Virus record (IMG/VR): IMGVR_UViG_3300020380_000001
Span: 242,501 to 306,500 of that record
DNA length: 64,000 nt
Strand: one strand, 5' to 3'
In this document: positions 36,527 through 47,800 of the stretch, one piece after another
Layout: every line of letters begins with the position of its first letter
Position numbering within the stretch: position 1 is the stretch's first letter
Notes under the pieces: generated by a model
Seen by the model: the letters and a program-made list of their open reading frames with translations, nothing else
Told to the model about the DNA's origin: nothing
Databases searched by the model: none
Translations under genes and position numbers: made by a program

Positions 36527-37330
36527 TTATTTACATGAAGGTTTCTTTACGGGGAACAGAGCAGGGCAATAAGCAACATCATATCCAGTTGTCACAGTGC
36601 CTTGGACCGTTTTGTTGTTGAGAATCTCAATATCAGTGTAGACAAATACATTGTCCCACTCGACTCTAGCATCAATTTTGATACGCACGTATTTGCCATC
36701 ATAACGATAGACGGTTGTGCGCTTAGTGCCAATATCCATTATACCGATATTATGGCCAGTACCCGCATACGATGTGGCAGTGTCACCGAAACGTAAACGA
36801 ACAGTACCCACTTCCCTATCAAACTTAGCTAGTTCAGTAGAGTAAAGCGACGATGCTAGACGACTACCATCAATAGTCACAGCAAGGAACCCGCCCAATT
36901 TAAAAAAGTTCTTCATATGTTTGAAATCATCAAACACGTAAGTCGCTTGTGATCCAAATGTGGATTTGGGATTCTTGTGCTTTATAAGCTTTAGTTCACC
37001 AGGTCCAGTAGCTGCGATATAAGACGCGCTAACTTTTAGGCCTTTACCGGCTTCTTGTTGCTGTTTAAAGTGTTGTGAGATTGTTTCTATGTTTCCGAGC
37101 ATGGTGCTTTTTTCAGGCAAGCCAAGTAGAGTTAACAGCTTTGCAACTTCTCGCTCAAAATGAGCGCATGCATCCGCGTCAGCCTCTTTTAAAGGCGACA
37201 CTAGAGGTATGGGCTGTGCGCCGATACCCCTAAACTTGTCTGCTTTAGTGATTGGTTTTTCAGAATCAACCACTAATTTGTTGAACAAGATGGCACATGT
37301 ATTATATTCAGTACCATGCACGTTATACAT
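36527..37330 (-). CDS. divergent basic paralog of the fibre N-domain family (267 aa)
   Basis: MYNVHG.EYN, RGIG, FDDFKHMKNFFKLGG, VG.VR, G.G.NIG..DI. Confidence 0.7.
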   Translation of the reverse strand: MYNVHGTEYNTCAILFNKLVVDSEKPITKADKFRGIGAQPIPLVSPLKEADADACAHFEREVAKLLTLLGLPEKSTMLGNIETISQHFKQQQEAGKGLKVSASYIAATGPGELKLIKHKNPKSTFGSQATYVFDDFKHMKNFFKLGGFLAVTIDGSRLASSLYSTELAKFDREVGTVRLRFGDTATSYAGTGHNIGIMDIGTKRTTVYRYDGKYVRIKIDARVEWDNVFVYTDIEILNNKTVQGTVTTGYDVAYCPALFPVKKPSCK

Positions 37331-38124
37331 TATAGCACGAACCTCGTAACAGCTTCAACAAGTTTTTCACCTTGTTCACTTGAACGACCAAGTGCGCGGC
37401 CAATTACTTCAGGAGAACTACGGTGGCCAACTTCTGCACAACCAGGGAATTTACGTGAAGCAACCAAGTAGTCACCTACAAGAACTTCGCCAACTACACG
37501 AACAGGAACTCGTCCAGCAAGTGCTACCGGCAACCATTCATCTGCGCCTGTCTCTTCAGTTGCATTCATTAAGAAAGCAGGTGCTGTTGACACTACACCA
37601 AACGGAATGTCGCCACTTTGTGTAAACTCAGTGATTTCTTTTTCGCCACCAAGCATAACAATTGTGCCAGGCTCATACACCTTATCTGCATGGTATTTTT
37701 CTGCAATATCCGCGTAACGTGCACGGGCTGCTGTACCAGAGAACTCTTGGGCGTATACAGTACAGAATTCTAATGTACTTGACCCGATATTGTGCTCACC
37801 ACCTGAACAGTTCTGTGAAGGTAAAATGTTACCGTCAAAGATATAGTTCTGACCTTCTTTAAACGGGAAACTGATCCAGTCACTGCCTTTACGTAGCTTG
37901 AATTCAGATTCAGCAATATCCCACCAAGTTTGCCCTTCTGTTGGGTTAAGAGGTTCGGATCCGCTTGCTGAGTTTTCTAGGATCTGTAGCATGGCTTTCA
38001 TAACATGCTCGCCATATCCGGTTGTGTTACGGCCCACTAACGGGATTGAAAATTGTTCTGTATCAACTGTGCTGTCGTTGATAGTGACAGCGCGTCCATC
38101 ACTTAAATTAATTAGATATGCCAT
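37330..38124 (-). CDS. short tail-fibre/baseplate protein with C-terminal intramolecular chaperone (peptidase G2-like) domain
   Basis: N-terminal MAY.IN..DG, L.GRN..GYGE, LEN.A...P.NP..GQ.W.D; C-terminal ADIAEKY..D..YEPGT, GVVST.PA..MN, PVALAGRVPV.V.G. Confidence 0.8.
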   Translation of the reverse strand: MAYLINLSDGRAVTINDSTVDTEQFSIPLVGRNTTGYGEHVMKAMLQILENSASGSEPLNPTEGQTWWDIAESEFKLRKGSDWISFPFKEGQNYIFDGNILPSQNCSGGEHNIGSSTLEFCTVYAQEFSGTAARARYADIAEKYHADKVYEPGTIVMLGGEKEITEFTQSGDIPFGVVSTAPAFLMNATEETGADEWLPVALAGRVPVRVVGEVLVGDYLVASRKFPGCAEVGHRSSPEVIGRALGRSSEQGEKLVEAVTRFVL

Positions 38125-38132
38125 GATTATCC

Positions 38133-38723
38133 TTAGCTCATTTGCACTCGTATGGTGTATTCAATTTCTAGTATCCTGTTAGCTGATTTCAACACTGGGT
38201 GAAATCTAACGTGACTTAGCATTATGCCGCTTGAGTCTTTAAGTGCTAGTTCATTGAAAACATATTCGTTATTAAAATCTGTTAAGTCGTCCAAATCCAG
38301 TTGGTTTCCGTATGCGTTGCCGTCTTCGTCTACTTGTTCAGAATTAGGTTCACCAGATGCCAAGGTTACCACTACACGTAAGTCGGCATTGGCGCCGTTT
38401 ACTGTTTCGACGTAGCTGTCCGGACCACTGTTCTGCACGTCTTTTTGGTATGTTTCATTATAAAGCGCGGCTTGCTCGTCATACACTTCACTGACATTGG
38501 GTTCTGCGTATAAAACAGTACCGTCAGTTTGTATGCTTGCGCCACCGTTACCGAAAGCCATATACCTAATATGACCACTGTCATCACCGGATAAGGCACG
38601 AACGATAGCTGCGCTCATATTACCGTAGTGAATAGCGTTTGATTTACTAACTAATACCTCGCCAGTAATTTTATCACGCACTGTCAAATGCCCGTTTATT
38701 GGCAGTTCAGCTATATTAAACAT
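38133..38723 (-). CDS. virion/baseplate protein (196 aa)
   Basis: GHL.VRD..TGEVLV.K.NAIHY.N, MAFGNGG, L..GEP, FNEL.L, HV.FHPV.KS.NR..EI.YT.R; lies in the baseplate module. Confidence 0.8.
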   Translation of the reverse strand: MFNIAELPINGHLTVRDKITGEVLVSKSNAIHYGNMSAAIVRALSGDDSGHIRYMAFGNGGASIQTDGTVLYAEPNVSEVYDEQAALYNETYQKDVQNSGPDSYVETVNGANADLRVVVTLASGEPNSEQVDEDGNAYGNQLDLDDLTDFNNEYVFNELALKDSSGIMLSHVRFHPVLKSANRILEIEYTIRVQMS

Positions 38724-38725
38724 TG

Positions 38726-38875
38726 TTATCCTCTACTCTTAACGATTGCGGTTCCAGACTCTTTGTCTCTAATTAAAATAAAATCTTTGACGTCGCCCTG
38801 GAATTTATCGTTCGGCTTTGTTTCTTTATTGCTATTTAGCCCGGAAAAACCCGGGCTATTGTTGTCTTTATGCAC
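38726..38875 (-). CDS. 49-aa small structural-module protein (GTG start)
   Basis: Not in the ORF track. SD AAGGGA; MHKDNNSPGFSGLNSNKETKPNDKFQGDVKDFILIRDKESGTAIVKSRG*; fills the gap between two structural genes. Confidence 0.65.
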   Translation of the reverse strand: MHKDNNSPGFSGLNSNKETKPNDKFQGDVKDFILIRDKESGTAIVKSRG

Positions 38876-38887
38876 TATAAATCCCTT

Positions 38888-41800
38888 TTAAAGATATTTA
38901 TAAGTGATAGGATTAGCTGCGCCTGAACTCTTAACAAACGACTCTACACCGCTGTCAAATTCAAAGCTATCGCCTGTATAGAACACGTCAGGATCAACAT
39001 ATTGTGTATCAGACACAAACTGTATTCTGGACCCGGGTGCATGGTTTGCTATACTTGTGCTTAGCTGGCCTCGCTTCAATCCGTAGAATGTTGTGTGAGT
39101 GCCATCGTAAGCAATATTTGAGTAAACAACCATCTCGCCGTTTATCCAAAAACGCCCTGTATTACCTTGATTCGTGTAATCTCCTTCAACTTTTACGCTG
39201 TATTTATTACTTGGTAATTCACTGGAAGACACAGTCGCAGACGCGTTGCCCATTACAAATACTTGGTGATCACTTGTCTCATCAAGCAAATAACGGTACG
39301 CGTAGTTTGCGTCACTAAACGATGATTCACTCACAATTACTAACCAGCTATTGATAGGAATTGTAGTGTTATCAAACGTTATACTCGCATCTGTGTCCCA
39401 CGGCGTGCTATCCCATCCATGCACGTACTCGCCGTCAACAAACTCGTCCCAAGGCTCCGAGCGCACGTTGTTGAAGAAGTCAGTTAACTCTTCTACTATC
39501 CACTCAGTTGTAACGCCAGGCGACACGTTGTAACGAGGTACTTTTCTAGCAACATAAACCCGTGATGTAGAGCTATCAACATCAGCAAGAGTTAGGTTGT
39601 CACTTGTCACTTTTACATACTCAATTGTATGAGAAGGGTTAGTTTCAACCGTAACAACTAGCGCGTCGTGTACCTCAATTGGCGCTATGCCAGACATAAG
39701 ATCTTCACGCGTCATAGGGTTAGCAAATGAACGAGATTCACTTGGACGAACGTCATAAATTTCAACAATGTCGCCTTCATGTAAAGGCACAATTACCCGC
39801 AGAACTTTTTCAGTCGCATCATAATTGAACATATTAATTTCACGTCCATTTACGAACACAAACGGCCCCATTACGTCTACAACTTGGGTGGTTACGTCAA
39901 ATTCAACCACAAACGTTTGGTTCATCTCCGGCTTATATTCAATGTACATATATCCGGCATCGCTTGCGCTCATTAAGCCTGGATCGTTCTCGTCAAAAGT
40001 ACCAAACTCGCCAGAATCAATTGCGTAAACGCGACCTGAGTTAACATCATTAACACGATCAAAAGACGCCTCGTCATACGTCAAGCTAGTCACACTACCG
40101 TCGTTAGGCGGTATATCACTTACGCTTTCTGACCAAACTCGGTTAATGTTTATCGTAGTCGTAGTAACAATGTCTTCAAGCCCAGTTATTTCAACCAAGC
40201 TATCATCATCACGGTTAACCGTATAAGCAGACGAGAAGTTTCTTATCTTAGTTCTATACGGTTTCACATCTTCAATATACGAGCCCAGTAACTCAATGTT
40301 ATTTGGTGTTGTAATAGCCGGTGTGTCGAACGTGTTGCCTGTTTGGCGCACGCTTACATACGAAGTCTTAAACAACCAATCAACATGATCCTGTTCGCTC
40401 ATTACATAAACGAATGCAGTGAATACGGCACTGTTCATGTATTTTTCAGTGTCGCCAACAAATATGTACTCACGCAATAGATCCATAAGGAGTCTAAGTT
40501 CAAGTCGTAGTTGGTGGCTATATTTGCCAGTCCATGCTCTTGGCAAAATTTCCACTGTTTCGTTTTGTACAGCAACAATCTCAAAACTACCAGTTGAGTT
40601 AACTTCGTAGATAGTGTAATTTGCATTGACTACTGGTTGAACTCTTACCTGGTCCCCAGTTACGAGCCTAGATTTCAGGGCACTTAGTTCACTCGGCGAC
40701 TTTACTAAACGAGTAGGGTTAACATTCTCAGCGCTATACCCGTCAGCATACCATACACCCCATTGCCATAAAGTACCCTCTTGCTCTGCTAAGAATAAGT
40801 TCCATTCAGGATAATCAGACCTAATACGTAGGTTCTTAATGTTTTCATTAATATCCTGGAATATAACCTTACGGGCAGCAAATACGTCTTTAAACCAGCT
40901 TTGGCGAGGCGTATTAGAGTTACCGTATTTTTCGTAATCGCCAAGGGAAGGATCAGGAACCATCAAGTATGAATCCGTGCTCTTGGCACCAGTTACTGCT
41001 TCTATTTGAGTTGGTAAATCAGGCAACGCACTGGACGTATATGATCCAACAAACTGCGACGGTACGTCTGGACTTGTTTCATAAACAAGGCGCACATACG
41101 AGTCAACCGGATGCTCTACTACGTCAGTGTCTTGATAACCCCTGTCTAACCCAATTAGTTTTATTTTCCCGTATTTAGATTCGTTGCCATCGGCGTCAAC
41201 AATTACGCGGGTATTGTAGTAAATGCGCTCTCCGTTTAGCTCTATAACACCACGAGATTCAGGGAATCGGGTGTCGTATCTGTCAAGTAAAAGACTAGTG
41301 ACGTTTCCGGTTGTTAGCTTGGATTCAGTGTAAGCGAAACCGTCTTCACGTAAATTGTAAAGACCTTGTTTAACCTCGTCCCATCCAGTCGGCTTAGTTA
41401 TACCAGTAAACGAGTCAATGAACTTCTCCCAGTGCGCTTCTGGCAACTTAGTATCCGACCCGTCTTCGTTTATAATCACCCACTCGGTGTGATCTTGGTT
41501 ATGTGTTTCTTTATACTTGTAGTTTATTTGGAACGCGGTGTTTCTATTGCGTGCTACACTAGACACGTTAGCGAAAACAAAACTATTCCCGTCAACTGCG
41601 TAACTAGATGTTTGGTATGAAATCGCAAATGTTTCGTTTGGCTCAAGCACACTATCAAACTCAAGACCTCCCTTAACTACACGCCAGTTATGTCCATCAC
41701 CATAGAACTTACCGTCGCGCAATCTAAACACGCGCACGTCACTGATCCAGTCTGCACCCAAATCAATAAAGTTGCCAGTCTCATAATCAGTTGTAACCTC

Positions 41801-44800
41801 TACATAACGGTGACGTCTATCAACGTCATTTTTATGATCGTTAATAGGCGAGAACCAAATATAGTTCTGCTTCGTAGGCGTTAATATCATACTCGCAACT
41901 TGGAACACGCTCGCTGTTCTGTTAGGTAACGAACCCGCAATTGTTGTTTTGCCTGCTACCCAGAAATAATACTTGATTACAGACGCTTTAGTTGCAGAAT
42001 TGTACACTTCACGCTGAGTGTATTCGTTTACGTTGCGCGGTGTTCCTGATCCGCTGTACTGACTAGGCGGAACGTCACTTTCAATCCACTCATAAACAGC
42101 CGCTTCAGAACCAGGGAATACTGCGCCCCAGTAATCACGGCGTTCATAAATACTGCCTTGCTCGTAATACAAGTAAGCCATTTTAGACGTGTCCCACCAA
42201 ACTTGACCAATGTTGTCTTGGTCAAATAAGTTGTTTAAGTCAACATTCTCAAATACATCTGAGTTAGTGTATTTGGCTGGGTCAGACGTCATACGCCACG
42301 TTACATTCTGTTCGACTACCGTTGGTAGCAAACCTTTAAAAGGATCGTATACAGGTAACAAGAAGAGCGTTTCTGCGGTCTTTTCGTCATATAAAAACGC
42401 TTGATCAAATAAATGTGTGTTTACTAACGTTTCTCGTTGTCTTACTGTGGTTTGTACCTCGTCATTTACCACGGCTTGTACTTCGTACGGCACAAACACG
42501 TTGCCTTGGAACTGATAAACAGCCCAATCGTTCTCGCCTGCTGCGTGATCCACCCATGCTAATTCGCCCTCTAAGAAAGGACTGTTAGCTGAATACACTT
42601 CCATGTCATTGCGTGTGTCAAATCTACAAGATTCGAAACAAATAACACGCATAGTAAGGACTGGCGCGAACTCGTCTAGCGCATCAATATCAGCGTTTTC
42701 CAACAACACAGTGTCAGCAGTTGTTAAGTCAGTGCCTTCTAAGTCACGATACAGTGCATATCTACGAGCATAGCTGGTCTCTTTCTCGCTCGTTTCATCT
42801 AGTACCGGCTTAATAAGTACTTGTTTTTCTGCAATATTGCGACGTGGTGACTCTGTGTCTAAGCTAGGGTCAACTGTCACTAAACGGCTATAAAGCACGA
42901 ACGCTTCGCTCGTTACTTCACGCGCAAAAACGTCATACAAGTCAACATCAGTTTCAAGATACCATGTGTTGCCGGACTTGAATACTGCTGAGTTTTGTTG
43001 AGATAATAACTCAGTGGCGCGCAGAACGTCCCAGTCGTCTTTTGCATTACGTGCTAGCCATAGGGTATCACGAGATTCAACACTCTCGTTACCTTCACTA
43101 TCGTACGTGTAATTTACGCTAGGAATAGCAGGTTCACTATTATAATCAAAGACTTGTTCAACATTAAATGCAGTGTAGTTTACATCGCGGATATGCACAT
43201 AACCAGCAGTCGGCATGTCGTAATCAATTACGTCAGTTTTAGGGAACAAATCTACCGGGCTAGTGTTCACCGGGCGTCGGTGCCAGCTATCAACACTATC
43301 TTGGTCAACTACAATAATATTATCCTTGTCGCTGTCATTATCAGACAAACCTTCAAGGGTAGCAATCATGTCATCTTCCCAAGCAATGTCAGTATCATCC
43401 CAAGCATCAGTGTCAAACCCACCGATGTCGAATGAATCTGAACGAGCAACAATAACAGTAGGTGTCTTGGTATACCCTTCACCCGAGCTAACCAAGGTAA
43501 CATCGCTTATTCTACCATCTTCGCTTAGTTCGCACTTAGCAGTTGCCCACACTATATGTCCCGTATCATCAGGCGCAGGGATTATTCTAATATGCGGCGG
43601 CGTTGCGTAGAACTCTTCTAAGTCAACGATCTCAATAGAATGTACCTTTTTATGGTCAGTTACCGGCGTATCTATCAATACAGCTTGCGGGTCGCTTACT
43701 ACCTTTTCAGACGATAGTAAAATATCAAAACGCTGGGTATTATTGGTTGCGCCAAAGTCGCCTACCTTAACAGCCCATTCTTCGTTTATAGTGATATTTT
43801 CTGACGCGTCTGTATCCAGGGCACGCAGGATCTTGTCACTACTTGTAACTGTTCCTTTTTCTTGGATCATGCCACGATAAAACTCGTACTGTGCGTTGTC
43901 TCCTAGACCAAGCGTAGTCAAGTAATCCTTGCTATCGTAACCTATCATGTGTCGTGCTGCGTTAGTGATGCCAGATCTATCTAACACGCTTTCACTGTTA
44001 TGGTAATCACGGATACTTGACGTATTGTTTTCCAAGTTAGTTATAAGAGACCCTGATTCAGTTATAATATAACCAGGCGCTTCTTTCTTACCGCTCCAGC
44101 CGAATGATCTAAATCCGTCAAATATGATGCGTTTCTTTCTTTGCTGCAATAAGCCATCAAACATAACGTCATCAAATACGGTTTTGTTATCAAACACAAC
44201 CACATGCTCGGAATCTTTAACACCAAATCGAGCAAAGAAAATACCCGCGTCCTCGCTTGCTGTTTCAAGTGAAATATGCTTTTCAGTACGGCCGAACACA
44301 ATAGCGCTGCGACTAAGTGGCAGGCCAGCTTTGTTTAGTACAACAAATTCACTTGACTTGTCGCTTACTACCGGAACCGGGTAGCCTTGGTCAAATGTTA
44401 CTGACACTTTTGAGCTTATCGGACTCAGTGCCAATAGCGAGTTATTTTCCCAGTTAGATGCTATCCAGTTTAGTAACTGTTTAGAGCTCTGAACAAAGTC
44501 TCTACGCGCTGAAGTTACCGGGTCACGTTCTTCAAAGTCAAAGCCAATATCATTTAAGTAAGCACCATAGCCTATCATGAAGTCTACCAAATCCTGTACA
44601 GACGTAAACTCGTGACCATAGTTTATGCTTAGTTCGCTTGTTGAATCACGATCCGGATATACTTGCGCAGACACAGCGTTAATCTTAGGCAACTCACTCA
44701 ATGCAGTCCAAAGAGTAGGATCAAATACTTGGCTATAGTGTGTGGATTTAGCACGGTAATAAGTGCCGTTCCTTTCTATAATTGAACCAATGTTGTATTG

Positions 44801-47800
44801 CTTGTCTTCAGTATAAGTGCTGAAAGGCGCGTCTTCACCTCCGCCCTGTATTGTGTAAGATCTAGCGTCAGACAACTTACCGTAATATTTGAACCACGGA
44901 GACTGAACGTCATAACCATAAACACGGAATGTATTAGCCCTAACTTTACGAACAATAATGCCCGAGTATGCTTTGACGTCGTATACTTCACTATCTAAGA
45001 TTACCGTGTCAATGTTTTCCGACGGTACATTCAAGTTTGCACCATCGCCTGATACGTTTATTGAGCTTGTCTTATACGTTGTGTTTTCAGGCACAGTAAA
45101 CCCGCCCATTTTATGAACAAGTTGAACACGCGCATTACGCACTTTCTGGCCTAGTAATTCTGACACGTCTTTGTTATTGCGGTCTAAGTAATCAGATAGC
45201 CATTGCTGGTATCCGTAACGAGATACTACTTCACCGTCACGTACTTCACCATGCACTACTAAATCAGCACGCTGTACACGTTTGCCAGTTTCGTTAAACA
45301 CGATTTGTTCAGGGCTACGGCTTGACGCAGTAATGTTCACAGTGTCCCACATCAAGTCGCTGAACTTAGCAGGCTTAGTCAACAACATAAGACGCATAAC
45401 TTCAAACGGATATATAGAACTCATTCTCCAGCTTTCTTCAGCAGGAGATCCGTCTCCGAAATTCCAGTCACGGGTAAATGTTGATGCCTTTACTAGCGCA
45501 GGGTCATTCACTAATCCCAACTCGTACGGCGTTTTTAAGTTGCCGTCATCGTCAACTGGAATTTCAGTAAAGCCCATCTTCTCGGACTTAGGTAGTCTTA
45601 CGTTCGTAACACCTGTAATTTCGTCCCACATGGCTGTGTTTCGTGCGCTGTAATCTGTACCGTAAAGTGAAGTCCAATCACTTGGCCTGTCAGCGAATCC
45701 TAAACATTCCCAAGGAGTAAGGTGCGGAGTAGTTGTCCCGTATCTATAACGATACATGCCACGCCACGAATTAGGCATATTAGTCTTCACTTTAGCCGCA
45801 TCGTAATTATACGTCCACTCATTACCTTCTTGATACTGGGCATTCTCACGCCACTGTATACCGTTATCAGTAGTCCATGTGTTAAAAGGTCTAACTAATA
45901 TTTCATTAATCTCTTTGCGTGAGAACTCAGTTTTTCTTAACTGATTTGGCACAATATCGTTAACCAGTAGCGGCGGCGTATACCTGCCGTCAACTAAAGA
46001 GTTTTCTTTGTACTCATCCCTAATATTGTTGTAGATTCGTTTCTCTAATTCCAACAATAACTGATCACGCACATCGCCATATACAGGGGTTTTACTTCCG
46101 TCATGGCCTAAGATGTAGCCGTTTTCTGGCTTGTTAAACTCGCTAGGCGGAGTAACCGGCGCTTGGCCAGGGTAAGGAATACTTTCGTCATACACATAAC
46201 GTGGTTTGAATACAGGGTAAAGTCCAAGTGTACTCGGCGTTGCCGGTATACGAGATGATTCCAAGTTACGATAAACACGGATTGTTAACTCACGGTACAG
46301 CGTACTCACGTCACGGTAGTATGGGTCAGACGGGTACGTGTCTGGATCATAGCGCTCGCGCATATAAACGTCAGTACCAAACAACACATAGTCGTCACCC
46401 TCAGTTAACACACGCTCAGCGAAACCGTAATCGCGCTGGGCATTTGAATCCAACAATTTCTCAATAATTATAAGAGTAGAGCGCGTATCATCATAACCAG
46501 ATATGTCAGTCAGCGTTGGATTAATTGCGTCATATTTGACAAAGCCTTCGCTCATCTGCGCTGAACGTCTAAACACAGTTGGGTCACTAAGCTTGAACTC
46601 TTCGTATACTGACCCAAACGGAAACATATACGTATTATTGTAAGTATTGTATGACACTGATCCGTCAAGAACAGTAGTGACAGCCTCGTTAAATACGCGG
46701 TCAATCACGCTGGTATTTTCTAGGTCCAAACTCTGCGAGATTCTAGTTAAATCGCCAGAGTCACTTAAATCCTTAACAGCTTTTGTGAACTTGTTTTTAA
46801 ACCTAACGTAGTCGCCGCCTGCTTGTTTCATAGCAGGAATAATCGGCATGTCTTTGCTGTTGGCAGTAAGCATAACAGACAGTAAGTTACTTGAACTCTG
46901 TCTAATATATTTGCCGCCCGATACGTCTTTTGACGAGTTAAAATACTGGTTCTTCTGGCCGTAGCGGATCGCCCCAGTTTCGGTATGGGTAGCCAGTATG
47001 CTTAAGAAGTGCGGCATCAAGTCATTAACAGACGCTTCAACTACATCTTCATTGTTGTAGTTGGTCTCCAGCGTTGATGGCACCTCATAAAATGCACTTG
47101 TATTATCCTTTAATACTTCATCACTTTCGTACTGGATGAAAATAGTATCGTTGTCTTGCGCAGTATCAGGGAAGTTGCCGAAACGCAATGTGCGCTTATT
47201 CACAATACGGTATCGGCTGGAATTAAGCTTAGTACCGTTATGGAATACACTAACCTCATCGCTGTAATTTACAGGATGAATAAGCTGGTAATCTGTCTGC
47301 GACAACAAGATTTTCTTAAGTTCAAGTTTGGTTTTAACCGATCTTGATTTAATAGTTATATTGTCGTTTGCAGATGTAGGCGCGTCAATGAACACTTGAT
47401 CGTTTACAACTGAGTAAACGTCCGGAGAAAGCCTCTCGCCGTTTATTTCTATATCGACAGTAGTTGGTTCAGGCACTAAAGACAAAGTTAATACACGAGT
47501 GTCTAGGTCGTCAGTCGCTACAAATTGATCTACGATAGGCTGTTTTTGTTTATCACCAAGCGACCAGAAGTTTTCATACGTACCTGCTGAGGTAAATCCA
47601 TTACGAGCAGTTGGGTATCGTTTGAAATAGTAGTAGCCAGGAATCTCAACACTTTCTGTATCGGACTGAACGTAAATTCTATCCTTATCTAAATTAGCAG
47701 AGAATACAATGTCAGTAATCTGACCGATACCAGTATAAGTAAGGTACTTGCCTACTTCAGTATTAAGTACTGAGCTGAACTCATTTACTTTGTAGCTGAA

